The notes below the pieces were generated by a model. It made no database searches and was not told where the DNA came from. It saw nothing but the letters and a program-made list of their open reading frames with translations. The position numbers were made by a program, and so were the translations under genes. Shown piece by piece: positions 19,250 through 28,538 of a stretch of DNA of 64,000 bases (positions are counted from its first letter, which is position 1; each line of letters opens with the position of its first letter). This stretch comes from Halorussus marinus (GTDB lineage: Archaea > Halobacteriota > Halobacteria > Halobacteriales > Haladaptataceae): assembly GCF_004765795.1 (NCBI RefSeq), contig NZ_SBIV01000009.1, forward strand, positions 1-64,000, given 5' to 3'.

Positions 19250-20877
19250 CCGACGGGACGACCCCCGACCGGACGCCCTCCGAGCGGGCGGACGTCTGCG
19301 TCGTCGGCGCCGGCCCGGCGGGCGCGCTGGTCGCCCACCGACTCGCCAGCGACGGCCGGGACGTCGTGATTCTCGAAGCCGGCGAGCGGTTCGACTTCGC
19401 GGACCGAACCGAACGGATGGAGCGGGCGATCCGACCCGCCCACCACCCACACTCGGTCTGGGAGATGGGCGGCGAGCGCGACGCCTACACCGCCGCCGGC
19501 GAGCGCTCCTACCCGCTGAACGCCGCGCGGGTCAAGGGCGTCGGCGGCACCACCCTCCACTGGCAGGGGATGGTGATGCGGTTTCGCGAGTCGGACTTCG
19601 AGCCGTGGCCGATCGACTACCGGGACCTCCGGCCGTACTACGCCGAGGCCGAGTCCCTGCTCGGGGTCGCGGGGGCCGACGACAACCCCTTCGGGCCGCC
19701 CCGCGAGGAGCCGTTTCCCCTGCCCGCCTTCGAGCCCTCCCACAGCGACTCCGTCTTCGCCGAGGCCTGCGAGCGCCTCGGCGTGGCGATGCACTCGGTG
19801 CCCAACGCGCGCAACTCCGAGGGGTACGACGGCCGGAGTGCGTGCGTCGGCTACGGCACCTGCAAGCCGGTGTGTCCCTCCGGCGCGAAGTACTCGGCCG
19901 ACCACCACGTCGAGAGAGCCGAGTCCGAGGGGGCGCGGGTGATCGACCGCGCGCCGGTCCAGCGCCTCGAACACGACGCGGCTGGCGACCGGGTGACCGC
20001 GGCCGTCTACGCCGCGCCCGACGGTCGGACCCACCGACAGGAGGCCAGAGAGTTCGTGCTGGCGGCGGGCGGCGTCGAGACGCCGCGACTGCTCCTGCTG
20101 TCGGAGTCGTCGGCGTACCCCGACGGCCTCGCAAACTCCTCGGGCGCGGTCGGGCGGTACTTCATGGACCACCTGTTTGCGGGGATGGGCGGGACGATCG
20201 ATCGGGAGACCCGCCAGAACCACGTCGGATTCATCACCAGCGAGTGCCACCAGTTCTACGACGACCCGACCCGGGGGACCGACGGACCGGCCGGCGGGGT
20301 CCCCGAGTGGTCGGGCGACGGCCCCGAGCCCGGGCCGCTCAAACTGGAGTTCCTGAACTACGCCGGGCCCTCGCCGGTCGAGACGGCGCTCGCCGGCGAC
20401 GAGTGGGGCGACGACCTGCTCGACTCCCTCCGAGAGTCCTACGGCGACTCGATCGCGATGGGCGGGCTGGTCGGCCAGCGCCCTCGGAAGGAAAACCGGA
20501 TCGCGCTGGACCGCTCGACCACCGACGACCACGGCAACCCCGTCCCCGAGATCCACTGGCAACTCGACGACCGCACCGAGGCGACCCTCCGGCGCGCGAA
20601 CGAGATTCAGGCCGCGATCCTCGACGAGCTCGGCGTCGAGGTCTCGTGGACGGTCGGCCCAGAGGCCACCGGGCCGGCGTTCCACCACATGGGGACGACC
20701 CGGATGGGTCTCGACCCCGAGTCGAGCGTCGTGAACCCCCGGCTCCGGACCCACGACCTCCGGAACCTCGCGATCGCGTCGAGCGGCGTCTTCGTCACCA
20801 GCGGCGCGCTCAATCCGACGCTCACCATCGCGGCGCTCGCGCTGAAGGCCGCCGACCACGTCGACGAGCGCCTCTAG
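19246..20877 (+). CDS. GMC-family FAD oxidoreductase
   Basis: VVGAGPAG, GVGGTTLHW, CVGYGTCKPVCP, VGRYFMDH, HHMGTTRMG, NPTLT. Confidence 0.93.
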   Translation: MTDGTTPDRTPSERADVCVVGAGPAGALVAHRLASDGRDVVILEAGERFDFADRTERMERAIRPAHHPHSVWEMGGERDAYTAAGERSYPLNAARVKGVGGTTLHWQGMVMRFRESDFEPWPIDYRDLRPYYAEAESLLGVAGADDNPFGPPREEPFPLPAFEPSHSDSVFAEACERLGVAMHSVPNARNSEGYDGRSACVGYGTCKPVCPSGAKYSADHHVERAESEGARVIDRAPVQRLEHDAAGDRVTAAVYAAPDGRTHRQEAREFVLAAGGVETPRLLLLSESSAYPDGLANSSGAVGRYFMDHLFAGMGGTIDRETRQNHVGFITSECHQFYDDPTRGTDGPAGGVPEWSGDGPEPGPLKLEFLNYAGPSPVETALAGDEWGDDLLDSLRESYGDSIAMGGLVGQRPRKENRIALDRSTTDDHGNPVPEIHWQLDDRTEATLRRANEIQAAILDELGVEVSWTVGPEATGPAFHHMGTTRMGLDPESSVVNPRLRTHDLRNLAIASSGVFVTSGALNPTLTIAALALKAADHVDERL

Positions 20878-21746
20878 GCGAGCCGCCGCCAGCACGCGAC
20901 GAGCGCGACTGCCGGGAGTCCGAACGCGAGCGCGTACGGCGCGGCGTACGCCGTCCCGACAGCGAGCGCGCGCACGGCGACCCCGACCCCGTTCACCGAT
21001 TCGAGAAACGCCGCGATCGGGCCGGTGTCGTACCACGCCGTCGGCTCGGTCGTCGGCGCCTTGGGGCGCTCCTCGGCCAGTTCGACGGTGATCGTCGAGT
21101 ACCGGACCTGCCGTTCGAGCGCCTCGCGAGACGCCTCTGCGCGTTCGATCTCGGTCTGGACGTCCGAGAGCTCTCGCTGGACCGCGAGCACCGTCTCGGT
21201 GTCGTTAGCCGACTCGTAGAGCGTCCGGAGTCGGTCGCGCTCGGCCCGGAGGTTCTCCAATCGAGCGTCGAGGTCGACCAGCCTGTCGGTCACGTCCGTC
21301 GTGTGCGTGCTCGCCGACCGGACCTCTCCCTCGGCCTTCACGCGGTCGAGGAGCGCCGAGTAGTTCTCTGCCGGCACCCGGAGAGTCAGTTCGCCGACGG
21401 TCCACCTCCGGTCGTCGCCGCGGACCCGCTCGGTGGCGTCGCCGACGAAGCCGCCGCGGCGCTCGGTCGCCGCGGTGAGGTTCGAACGGGCGGCGTCGAA
21501 GTCTCCGACGGTCAGCGACACCTCGCCGGTCCGGATCAGCGCCCGATCTCGGGACTGAGACGCGCTCCGATCGGCCGAGTCGCCCGACTCCGCGCCACCG
21601 CCGTCACCGCCCGCCGCCTGCGTCGCCTGATAGCTCGCGTTGGCCGCGCTCTCGGCCGCATCGCCGCCGCTCCCCGAACAGCCTGCGAGGACCACCAGCG
21701 AGGCGACGAGGAGCACGAGGACCACCCGTTTTTTCGTGACTGACAT
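20874..21746 (-). CDS. DUF4349-domain lipoprotein
   Basis: Lipobox LAGC, DVTDRLVDLDARL coiled coil, C-terminal TM segment. Confidence 0.85.
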   Translation of the reverse strand: MSVTKKRVVLVLLVASLVVLAGCSGSGGDAAESAANASYQATQAAGGDGGGAESGDSADRSASQSRDRALIRTGEVSLTVGDFDAARSNLTAATERRGGFVGDATERVRGDDRRWTVGELTLRVPAENYSALLDRVKAEGEVRSASTHTTDVTDRLVDLDARLENLRAERDRLRTLYESANDTETVLAVQRELSDVQTEIERAEASREALERQVRYSTITVELAEERPKAPTTEPTAWYDTGPIAAFLESVNGVGVAVRALAVGTAYAAPYALAFGLPAVALVACWRRLA

Positions 21747-21839
21747 GTCCCGAGACTGGACGCCCGACCGAAATAAGCGTCCGGGAGACTGAAACGGACG
21801 TTTCACCCACTGCTACGGGTCGGTCACGGGGACGGACCG

Positions 21840-22805
21840 CTATGCGAACTCCGGCACGACGTGGTCCTCGTAGACGTCGAAGAAGGCCTCCTGATCCGGC
21901 CCGATCTGGTGGACGTAGACGTGGTCGTACCCGGCGTCGACGAACTCTCGGACGCTGTCGACGTGGGTCTGCGGATCGGGGTCGGTGACGATGCTGTCTG
22001 CCGCCCGGACGTCGTCTTTCGAGACCAGTTCGGTCGCCTGCTCGAACAGTTCGGGGGTCTCCAGTTCGGTCGCCAACTGACCCGGCAGGAGGCTGTTGGG
22101 CCAGTACCGGTGGGCGGTCTCGACCGCCTCGTCCTCGTCGTCGGCGTAACACACCGTCAGTTGGCCGAACGCCGGCCCCTCGCCGCCCTCGTCCCGGAAC
22201 GTCTCGACCACGTCCTGCGGGCCGACCGACCAGAAGCCGTCGCCGATCTCGGCGGCCTTCCGTGCGGTCCTCTCGCCGTACGCCGAGACGCAGATGGGCG
22301 GCGACTCCTCGGGCGTGGTGAACAGGCGGGCGTTCTCGACGGTGTAGTGGTCGCCGTAGTGGGTAACCGTCTCGCCCGACCAGAGTTTCCGGATCACCGC
22401 GACCGCCTCTTCGAGCATCTCCAGTCGGACGCGGTGGGTCGGCCAGTGGTCGCCGAGGACGTGCTCGTTGAGGTTCTCGCCGGTCCCGACTCCGAAGTAG
22501 AACTGCTGGCCGCCGTCCTCGAACATGTCGGCGACGGTCGCGGTCGCCTGGGCGACGATCGCGGGGTGGACCCGCACCGACGGACAGGTGACGCCGACCC
22601 CGACGTCGAGGCGCTCGGTCTCGCGGGCGACCCCGCCGAGAGTCGTCCAGACGAACGGCGCGTCGCCCTGCTCGCCGATCCAGGGGTGGAAGTGATCCGA
22701 GATCGAGACGAAGTCGAAGCCGACCGACTCGGCGCGGACGGCGTGATCGACGAGGTCGTTCGGCGGGTGTTCTTCGCTCGAAAGGGTGTATCCGAACTCG
22801 ACCAT
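21840..22805 (-). CDS. F420-dependent LLM-class oxidoreductase (G6PDH-like)
   Basis: GYTLSSEEH, ISDHFHPW, GVGTGENLNEH. Confidence 0.9.
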   Translation of the reverse strand: MVEFGYTLSSEEHPPNDLVDHAVRAESVGFDFVSISDHFHPWIGEQGDAPFVWTTLGGVARETERLDVGVGVTCPSVRVHPAIVAQATATVADMFEDGGQQFYFGVGTGENLNEHVLGDHWPTHRVRLEMLEEAVAVIRKLWSGETVTHYGDHYTVENARLFTTPEESPPICVSAYGERTARKAAEIGDGFWSVGPQDVVETFRDEGGEGPAFGQLTVCYADDEDEAVETAHRYWPNSLLPGQLATELETPELFEQATELVSKDDVRAADSIVTDPDPQTHVDSVREFVDAGYDHVYVHQIGPDQEAFFDVYEDHVVPEFA

Positions 22806-22942
22806 AGAACGGCCACGCCCCACTGGTCAAAGAGCGCTGTGGCCCCCTCTCGCTCGATGTCATAACCGTTGGGGAAACCCCGAGAATAGTGAAATCGTGT
22901 CCACTGTTTAAGAGACTCACAACCGAAGGGACACACGTACCC

Positions 22943-24250
22943 ATGGCACAACACGAAATCCAGCAGGAACTGTCGGTCGATCAGTACACGCTCGGACTCG
23001 TCGGCCCGGACCAAGAGTGGGCCGGGGCGGTCGCCGACGGCGGCACCATCAGGACCCACACGCCGCCGGCGTGCTGGGGCCCGATGATCACGCCCGAGTT
23101 CAGGGGCGGCCACGAGGTCACCCGACCGGTCCGAGTCGAGAACGCCGAAGTCGGCGACGCGATCGCGCTGAAGATCCGCGACGTCGAGGTGACGAGCGTC
23201 GCGACGAGCACCGGGAGCATGGCCGAACGCGAGGACGCGTTCGGCGACGACCCCTTCGTCGATCACCGGTGTCCGGAGTGTGGCACCGAGTGGCCCGAGA
23301 GCGTGGTCGAGGGCACCGGCGAGGACGCGATCAGGTGCGCCGAGTGCGGCGCGAACGCCTCCTCGTTCGGGTTCGAGTACGGGTACACGGTCGCGTTCGA
23401 CGACGACCGGACCGTCGGCCTGACCGTCGGCGAGGAGGGCGCCGACGACCTCGCGAACGACGCCGAGGGGGCGATGGCGCTACCGGACAACTCCCGCCAG
23501 CACCCGATCTTGCTCTACAAGCCCTCCGAGATCCCGGGGACGCTCGGGCACCTGCGGCCGTTCATCGGGAACGTCGGGACCACCCCGCCGATCGAGATGC
23601 CCGACTCCCACAACGCGGGGGACTTCGGGCAGTTCCTCATCGGCGCCGAGCACGACTGGGGGCTCGAAGACGAGGACGAACTCGCCGAGCGCACCGACGG
23701 CCACATGGACATCAACGCGGTCCGGGAGGGCGCGGTCCTGATCTGTCCGGTCAAAGTCGACGGCGGGGGCGTCTACGTCGGCGACCTCCACGCCAATCAG
23801 GGCGACGGGGAACTGTCGCTACACACCACCGACGTGAGCGGCCGGACGGAGATCGAGGTCGAGGTTATCAAGGACCTCGACATCGACGGCCCGGTGTTGT
23901 TGCCGAACGAGGAGGACCTGCCCCACATCAGCAAGCCCTACACCGACGAGGAGATCGAGACCGGCCGGCGACTCGCCGACCAGTACGGCGTCGACGAGGT
24001 CCGCGAGACCGGCCCGATCCAGGTGATCGGTAGCGGCGCGACGATCAACGAGGCGACCGAGAACGCCTTCGACCGGGCGGGGACGCTCCTCGACATGACC
24101 GAAGGCGAGGTCCGCGCGCGGTGTACGTTCACCGGCGGCGTCGAGGTGGGTCGGCTTCCGGGCGTCGTCCAGCTCGACATGCTGGCGCCGATGGACCGGC
24201 TCGAAGCCCGCGGGCTCGCCGAACACGTCCGGTCGCAGTACGACCTCTGA
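22943..24250 (+). CDS. Acetamidase/formamidase family protein
   Basis: GHEVTRPV, GHMDI, GDLHANQGDGE; zinc-ribbon insert CPECG...CAECG. Confidence 0.88.
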   Translation: MAQHEIQQELSVDQYTLGLVGPDQEWAGAVADGGTIRTHTPPACWGPMITPEFRGGHEVTRPVRVENAEVGDAIALKIRDVEVTSVATSTGSMAEREDAFGDDPFVDHRCPECGTEWPESVVEGTGEDAIRCAECGANASSFGFEYGYTVAFDDDRTVGLTVGEEGADDLANDAEGAMALPDNSRQHPILLYKPSEIPGTLGHLRPFIGNVGTTPPIEMPDSHNAGDFGQFLIGAEHDWGLEDEDELAERTDGHMDINAVREGAVLICPVKVDGGGVYVGDLHANQGDGELSLHTTDVSGRTEIEVEVIKDLDIDGPVLLPNEEDLPHISKPYTDEEIETGRRLADQYGVDEVRETGPIQVIGSGATINEATENAFDRAGTLLDMTEGEVRARCTFTGGVEVGRLPGVVQLDMLAPMDRLEARGLAEHVRSQYDL

Positions 24251-24256
24251 GCCGGC

Positions 24257-24538
24257 TCACGCCGCGGGGTCGCGGACGGTTCCGCCCTGCACGGCAGGGA
24301 ACACCGTCAGGTCGGCGTCCGGCGGGCAGTCCTCGTCCGGTTCGACGCGCTCGCCGTCGACCGAGAGGCGCACGCTCGGTCTGAGGTCGCCGTCGTCGGC
24401 GTAGAGGTGGTCGGCCGCCCCGGGGTGGGCGTCGACGAACGCGGCGGCCGCCTCCGCGACGGTTCCGCCGGCGAACTCGACGCTGACCGTCTTCGCTCCG
24501 GTCACACCGCGTAGCGGACCGTACACGGTAACTCGCAT
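24257..24538 (-). CDS. SAMP/MoaD-like ubiquitin-like protein with a 7-aa extension after the di-Gly
   Basis: YGPLRGVTG...FPAVQGG-TVRDPAA*. Confidence 0.85.
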   Translation of the reverse strand: MRVTVYGPLRGVTGAKTVSVEFAGGTVAEAAAAFVDAHPGAADHLYADDGDLRPSVRLSVDGERVEPDEDCPPDADLTVFPAVQGGTVRDPAA

Positions 24539-24642
24539 GGGTCGACCCACGGGCCGCTCCCAGTAAAACCACCGACCCCAGCGCCCGTCGGTGGCGGCGG
24601 GGTCCGCGTTCGGTTGCCGAAGATCCGAAAGCACTTTACTGT

Positions 24643-24658
24643 TTTAGGTGGGCCTAAA
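24643..24658. promoter_or_regulatory. Palindrome TTTAGG-N4-CCTAAA (DtxR/Idr-type operator candidate)
   Basis: TTTAGGTGGGCCTAAA upstream of the flavoprotein-FecCD unit. Confidence 0.75.
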
Positions 24659-24738
24659 TAACATGACGAGAGCAATCGACGGGTTCGAGAACGCGGGGCG
24701 TCGGACGGACGCCCACGGACCGATGGGGTGGGACGGCG

Positions 24739-25722
24739 ATGACTGACGCCGACCGACCCGAGCGCGCGCCCGGAGCCGACCGGGACGTCGCGGTCGTCGG
24801 CGGCGGGCCCGCGGGCTGTTCGGCGGGCGTGTTCCTCGCCCGCGCGGGCCTCGACGTCGCGATCTTCGATCGCGGACGCTCCTCGCTCAAGCGCTGTGCC
24901 CACCTCGAAAACTACCCCGGGTTCCCGGCCGGGATCGACATCGAGACGCTGTACGACCTGCTTCACGACCACGCCGAGACCGCCGGCTGTGACGTCGTCG
25001 CCGATCTGGTCGAGTCGGTCGACCGCGCCGACCGCGGCGAGGGGTTCGTCGTGACCCCCCAAGAGGGCGACCCGATCGACGCCCGGCGAGTCGTCGCCGC
25101 GACCCGCTACGGCGGCGAGTACCTCCGCGGGCTCGACGACGAGGCGGCGATGTTCGAGACCCACGAGCACGCCGGTGAGCGCCACGAGAGCTTCGACGGT
25201 GCGTACGCCGACCGCGACGGCACGACGCCGGTCGACGGGCTCTACGTCGCCTCGCCCTCCGAGGCGGCCGACACCCAGACGGTGATGGCGGCGGGACGGG
25301 GCGCCCGGGTGGCCCGCCGGGTCGTCGCCGACGCGCGCATCGACGACGGGTGGTGGGAGGACGTCGCCGACGGCGTCGACTGGGTCCGCCGCGAGGCCGA
25401 ACTCGACGACGAGTGGACCGACCGCGAGACGTGGGTCGAGTGGTTCGACGACTACCGCGCCGAGGACGCGCCGGTCGATCCCGGCTCCGACCGCTACGAG
25501 CGGGTCCGGGCGGCGGCCATCGACGACGCCCGATCGTCGTACGTCGGCCCGGCGGAGATCGAGTCGCGGGCCGCGGCCGGCCACGAGGCGCTCGCGCGCC
25601 ACCTCGACGCGGATGCGATCGTCGACGCGGTCGACGAGACGGCGCTCCTCGCGGCGATGGACGACGAAGTGGTCCGCGAGTACGTCGACGCCGACGCCGA
25701 TCGACCGGAGGTCGGCGAGTGA
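24739..25722 (+). CDS. TrxB-like FAD-dependent oxidoreductase
   Basis: VVGGGPAG, HLENYPGFPAGI, TPVDGLYVA; no CxxC. Confidence 0.85.
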   Translation: MTDADRPERAPGADRDVAVVGGGPAGCSAGVFLARAGLDVAIFDRGRSSLKRCAHLENYPGFPAGIDIETLYDLLHDHAETAGCDVVADLVESVDRADRGEGFVVTPQEGDPIDARRVVAATRYGGEYLRGLDDEAAMFETHEHAGERHESFDGAYADRDGTTPVDGLYVASPSEAADTQTVMAAGRGARVARRVVADARIDDGWWEDVADGVDWVRREAELDDEWTDRETWVEWFDDYRAEDAPVDPGSDRYERVRAAAIDDARSSYVGPAEIESRAAAGHEALARHLDADAIVDAVDETALLAAMDDEVVREYVDADADRPEVGE

Positions 25723-25724
25723 CG

Positions 25725-26846
25725 ATGGCGGGCGAAACGCCGGACGCGACCCCCGTTCGCGAGCGGTGGTCGTCGTGGTTCGACGGCCCGCTGTTCGCCC
25801 TCTGTGTGGCGAGCGTCGCGGTCGTCGTCGCGGGCGGACTCGTGCAGGTCAGCTACGGCGCCTTCTCGATGACCGTCGCCGAGGCCTGGCGGGCGGTGTT
25901 CAACCCCGCGGTGGTGTTCGACCGATTGGCGTGGGAGGCGTTCCTGTTTGGCGCCGAAGTGCCCGAGATGAGCAAACAGAGCCTCATCGTCTGGAACATC
26001 CGACTCCCGCGGGTGTTCGTCGCCGTCCTCGTCGGGATGAACCTCGCGGTCTCGGGCGCGATCTTTCAGGCGGTCACCCGCAACGAGCTCGCGAGTCCGT
26101 TCATCCTCGGGGTCTCCTCGGGGGCGGGACTGATGATCCTGCTGACGCTCGTCGTCTTCTCGGGGCTGGCGACGTTCCTGCCGATCATCGCGGCCCTCGG
26201 GGGCTCGATCGCCTTCCTGATCGTCTACGCCATCGCCTGGAAGAACGGGACCTCCCCGGTCCGGCTCGTTCTGGCCGGCGTGATCGTCGGGACGGTCTTT
26301 CAGAGCCTCCAGACCGCGATGTTCTTCTTCGCCGACGACATCGGCGTCGTCCAGTCGGCGATCGCGTGGACCACGGGGTCGCTGACCGGCACCGACTGGG
26401 AGCAGGTACGGATGGCGCTACCGTGGAGCGCGCTCGCCATGGCGCTCGCGTTGGTCAGCTCCCGGCAGTTGAACGTGCTGTTGCTCGGAGAGAGCACCGC
26501 CAAGTCGCTGGGGATGAACGTCGAGAAGGTCCGGTTCGGCCTCTCGGGGGTCGCGGTGCTCGCGGCGGCCGCCAGCATCGCGGTCGCGGGCATCGTCGGC
26601 TTCGTCGGTCTGATCGTTCCCCACATGGTCCGGAACATCGTCGGCACCGACTACAAGAAGCTGGTGGTGGGCTGTGTGTTCGCCGGACCGGCGCTGATGG
26701 TGGGCGCCGACGTCGGTGCGCGCCTCGGGATGAGCGTTCTCACCGGCGCGGACGTCCAGATTCCGGTCGGCATCGTGACGGGGCTGGTCGGCGGCCCGTA
26801 CTTCCTCTACCTGATGCGGCGTCAGGACGAGATGGGCGAGATCTGA
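25725..26846 (+). CDS. FecCD-family iron-chelate ABC transporter permease
   Basis: IRLPRV, FQAVTRNELASPFILGVSSGA, GFVGLIVPH, PVGIVTGLVGGPYF. Confidence 0.95.
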   Translation: MAGETPDATPVRERWSSWFDGPLFALCVASVAVVVAGGLVQVSYGAFSMTVAEAWRAVFNPAVVFDRLAWEAFLFGAEVPEMSKQSLIVWNIRLPRVFVAVLVGMNLAVSGAIFQAVTRNELASPFILGVSSGAGLMILLTLVVFSGLATFLPIIAALGGSIAFLIVYAIAWKNGTSPVRLVLAGVIVGTVFQSLQTAMFFFADDIGVVQSAIAWTTGSLTGTDWEQVRMALPWSALAMALALVSSRQLNVLLLGESTAKSLGMNVEKVRFGLSGVAVLAAAASIAVAGIVGFVGLIVPHMVRNIVGTDYKKLVVGCVFAGPALMVGADVGARLGMSVLTGADVQIPVGIVTGLVGGPYFLYLMRRQDEMGEI

Positions 26847-26933
26847 GGACTCGCCACGCGTCCGAACCCCGTCGGGAACGACCCGACGGAGCTATCGGTC
26901 CCGAGCGCGTCGACACGCTCGAACCACCCACCC

Positions 26934-27677
26934 ATGACAACTGCACCCGATCAGGACGCGTACGACGTGATCGTCGTCGGCGGCGGAGTCGCCGGCCTCT
27001 CGGCCGGGACGTTCACCGCCCGGAACGGACTCGACACCCTCGTCGTCGACGCGGGCGGGTCCATCCTCCGGCGAAACGCGCACCTCGAAAACTTCCCGGG
27101 GTTTCCCGCCGGCGTCGACCCCCGTCGACTGCTCGATCTGCTGGGCGAGCAGGCCGAGCGGGCCGGCTGTGAGCGCCTGCAAGCGGAAGTCGCCCGGGTC
27201 GAGTCGACCGCCGACGGGTTCGTCGTCGAAACGACCGACAGACACGGCTTTCGGGGCGAGTACGTCGTCGCCGCGACCAAAAACGAGACCGACTACCTCG
27301 CCGACGTCGACGGCGTCGGGATCGTCGACCGCGGGAAGACGTTCGTCGACACCGACGAGCGGGGCCGGACCGGCGTCGACGGCCTGTACGCGGCCGGGCG
27401 CCTCGCAGAGAAGCCCCATCAGGCGGTGGTCAGCGCCGGCCACGGCGCCGAGGTCGCGGTGACGTTGCTCGAAGACGACGACCGACCGTTCTACCACGAC
27501 TGGGTCGCCCCGGAAGGGTACTTCACCGACCGGGGCCGGGACCTCCCGCCGGGTTGCGAGGAGATCGACGACGACGAACGTCGCGACCGAGACGCCGAGT
27601 CGCGCCGGGTACTGCGCGAGCGCTTCGACGGGCCACAGCCCGACGACCAAGAGACCCACCCGAGCCTCACGGAGTGA
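26934..27677 (+). CDS. TrxB-like FAD-dependent oxidoreductase (paralog of 24739..25722)
   Basis: VVGGGVAG, HLENFPGFPAGV, TGVDGLYAAG, HQAVVSAGHG. Confidence 0.87.
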   Translation: MTTAPDQDAYDVIVVGGGVAGLSAGTFTARNGLDTLVVDAGGSILRRNAHLENFPGFPAGVDPRRLLDLLGEQAERAGCERLQAEVARVESTADGFVVETTDRHGFRGEYVVAATKNETDYLADVDGVGIVDRGKTFVDTDERGRTGVDGLYAAGRLAEKPHQAVVSAGHGAEVAVTLLEDDDRPFYHDWVAPEGYFTDRGRDLPPGCEEIDDDERRDRDAESRRVLRERFDGPQPDDQETHPSLTE

Positions 27678-27700
27678 GCGGCGAACCGGACCCTTTTTGT

Positions 27701-27716
27701 TTTAGGCATACCTAAA
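27701..27716. promoter_or_regulatory. Palindrome TTTAGG-N4-CCTAAA (DtxR/Idr-type operator candidate)
   Basis: TTTAGGCATACCTAAA 8 nt upstream of ATG 27725. Confidence 0.75.
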
Positions 27717-27724
27717 GACGCGTA

Positions 27725-27892
27725 ATGGCCGCTGGTACCCAGTCGCGTCGAGACGCCGACTCGGGCCCGACCCCCGACGAGGGCCCCGAAATATCCGTCT
27801 GCGAGAGCTGTCCCGGAACGACGGTGTTCCTCGAATCGGGCAACACCGATGGGTGGATCTCGACCGACACGACCGCCGCCGTCACCCGGTGA
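27725..27892 (+). CDS. Small protein (55 aa) with CxxC, not in ORF track
   Basis: MAAGTQSRRDADSGPTPDEGPEISVCESCPGTTVFLESGNTDGWISTDTTAAVTR*. Confidence 0.75.
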   Translation: MAAGTQSRRDADSGPTPDEGPEISVCESCPGTTVFLESGNTDGWISTDTTAAVTR

Positions 27893-27992
27893 ACCGGACG
27901 AACTCACGAAAAATCGACCGACGTCGAACGAAAAGCTCGGTCGAGCCTCGCTGGCTATTTTGGAACTCGTTCGAGACGACAGCGCCCGTCGT

Positions 27993-28538
27993 CTAGCGGG
28001 TCGCCGACTCGACCACGAGGGAGTCGTCTTCGAGGTAGTGTTCGATGTGGTGGGCGTGCTCCTCGATGACTTCGAGCTGTTCGCGGAGCATCTCGCCGGT
28101 CGCGTAGTCGCCGAGCCCCTCGGCGAGTTCGACGTGCTGGCGGTAGCTCTCGATGATGTCGCCCATCATTTCGAGGTCGTTCGCGAGCGACGTCCGGACG
28201 TCGTAGACGTCCTCGTCCTCGGGCTCGACGGTCGCGTGGGCCGCGAGAGTCGTCATGTTGGCGTGGGGAACCCCGCCCAGCGCCTGGAGGCGCTCGGCCA
28301 CCTCGTCGGCCGCGTCCTCGACGTCCTCGTAGACCTCTTGGAGGAAGACGTGGACGTCGAGGAACTCGGCGCCCTCGACGTTCCAGTGGTGCTTGTGGAG
28401 CTGGTGGTACAGGACGTACGCGTCCGCGAGGTCGGCGTTCAGCGCTTCGACGATCTGTTCGGCCTTCTCCTCGTCGAGACGGAGCGAGTTCTCCTCGACG
28501 GTACCTGCCTCTTGTCGGACGGTTTTCTGGGTGTTCAT
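27993..28538 (-). CDS. dpsA: DNA starvation/stationary-phase protection protein DpsA
   Basis: LNADLADAYVLYHQLHKHHWNVEGAEF..H, DEVAER. Confidence 0.95.
   Translation of the reverse strand: MNTQKTVRQEAGTVEENSLRLDEEKAEQIVEALNADLADAYVLYHQLHKHHWNVEGAEFLDVHVFLQEVYEDVEDAADEVAERLQALGGVPHANMTTLAAHATVEPEDEDVYDVRTSLANDLEMMGDIIESYRQHVELAEGLGDYATGEMLREQLEVIEEHAHHIEHYLEDDSLVVESATR

Noticed and set aside
18762..21743. 993-aa Arg/Pro-rich ORF and the many similar long alternative-frame ORFs in the track
   Set aside because: Stop-poor frames expected in high-GC DNA; they overlap well-supported genes and lack acidic composition or motifs.
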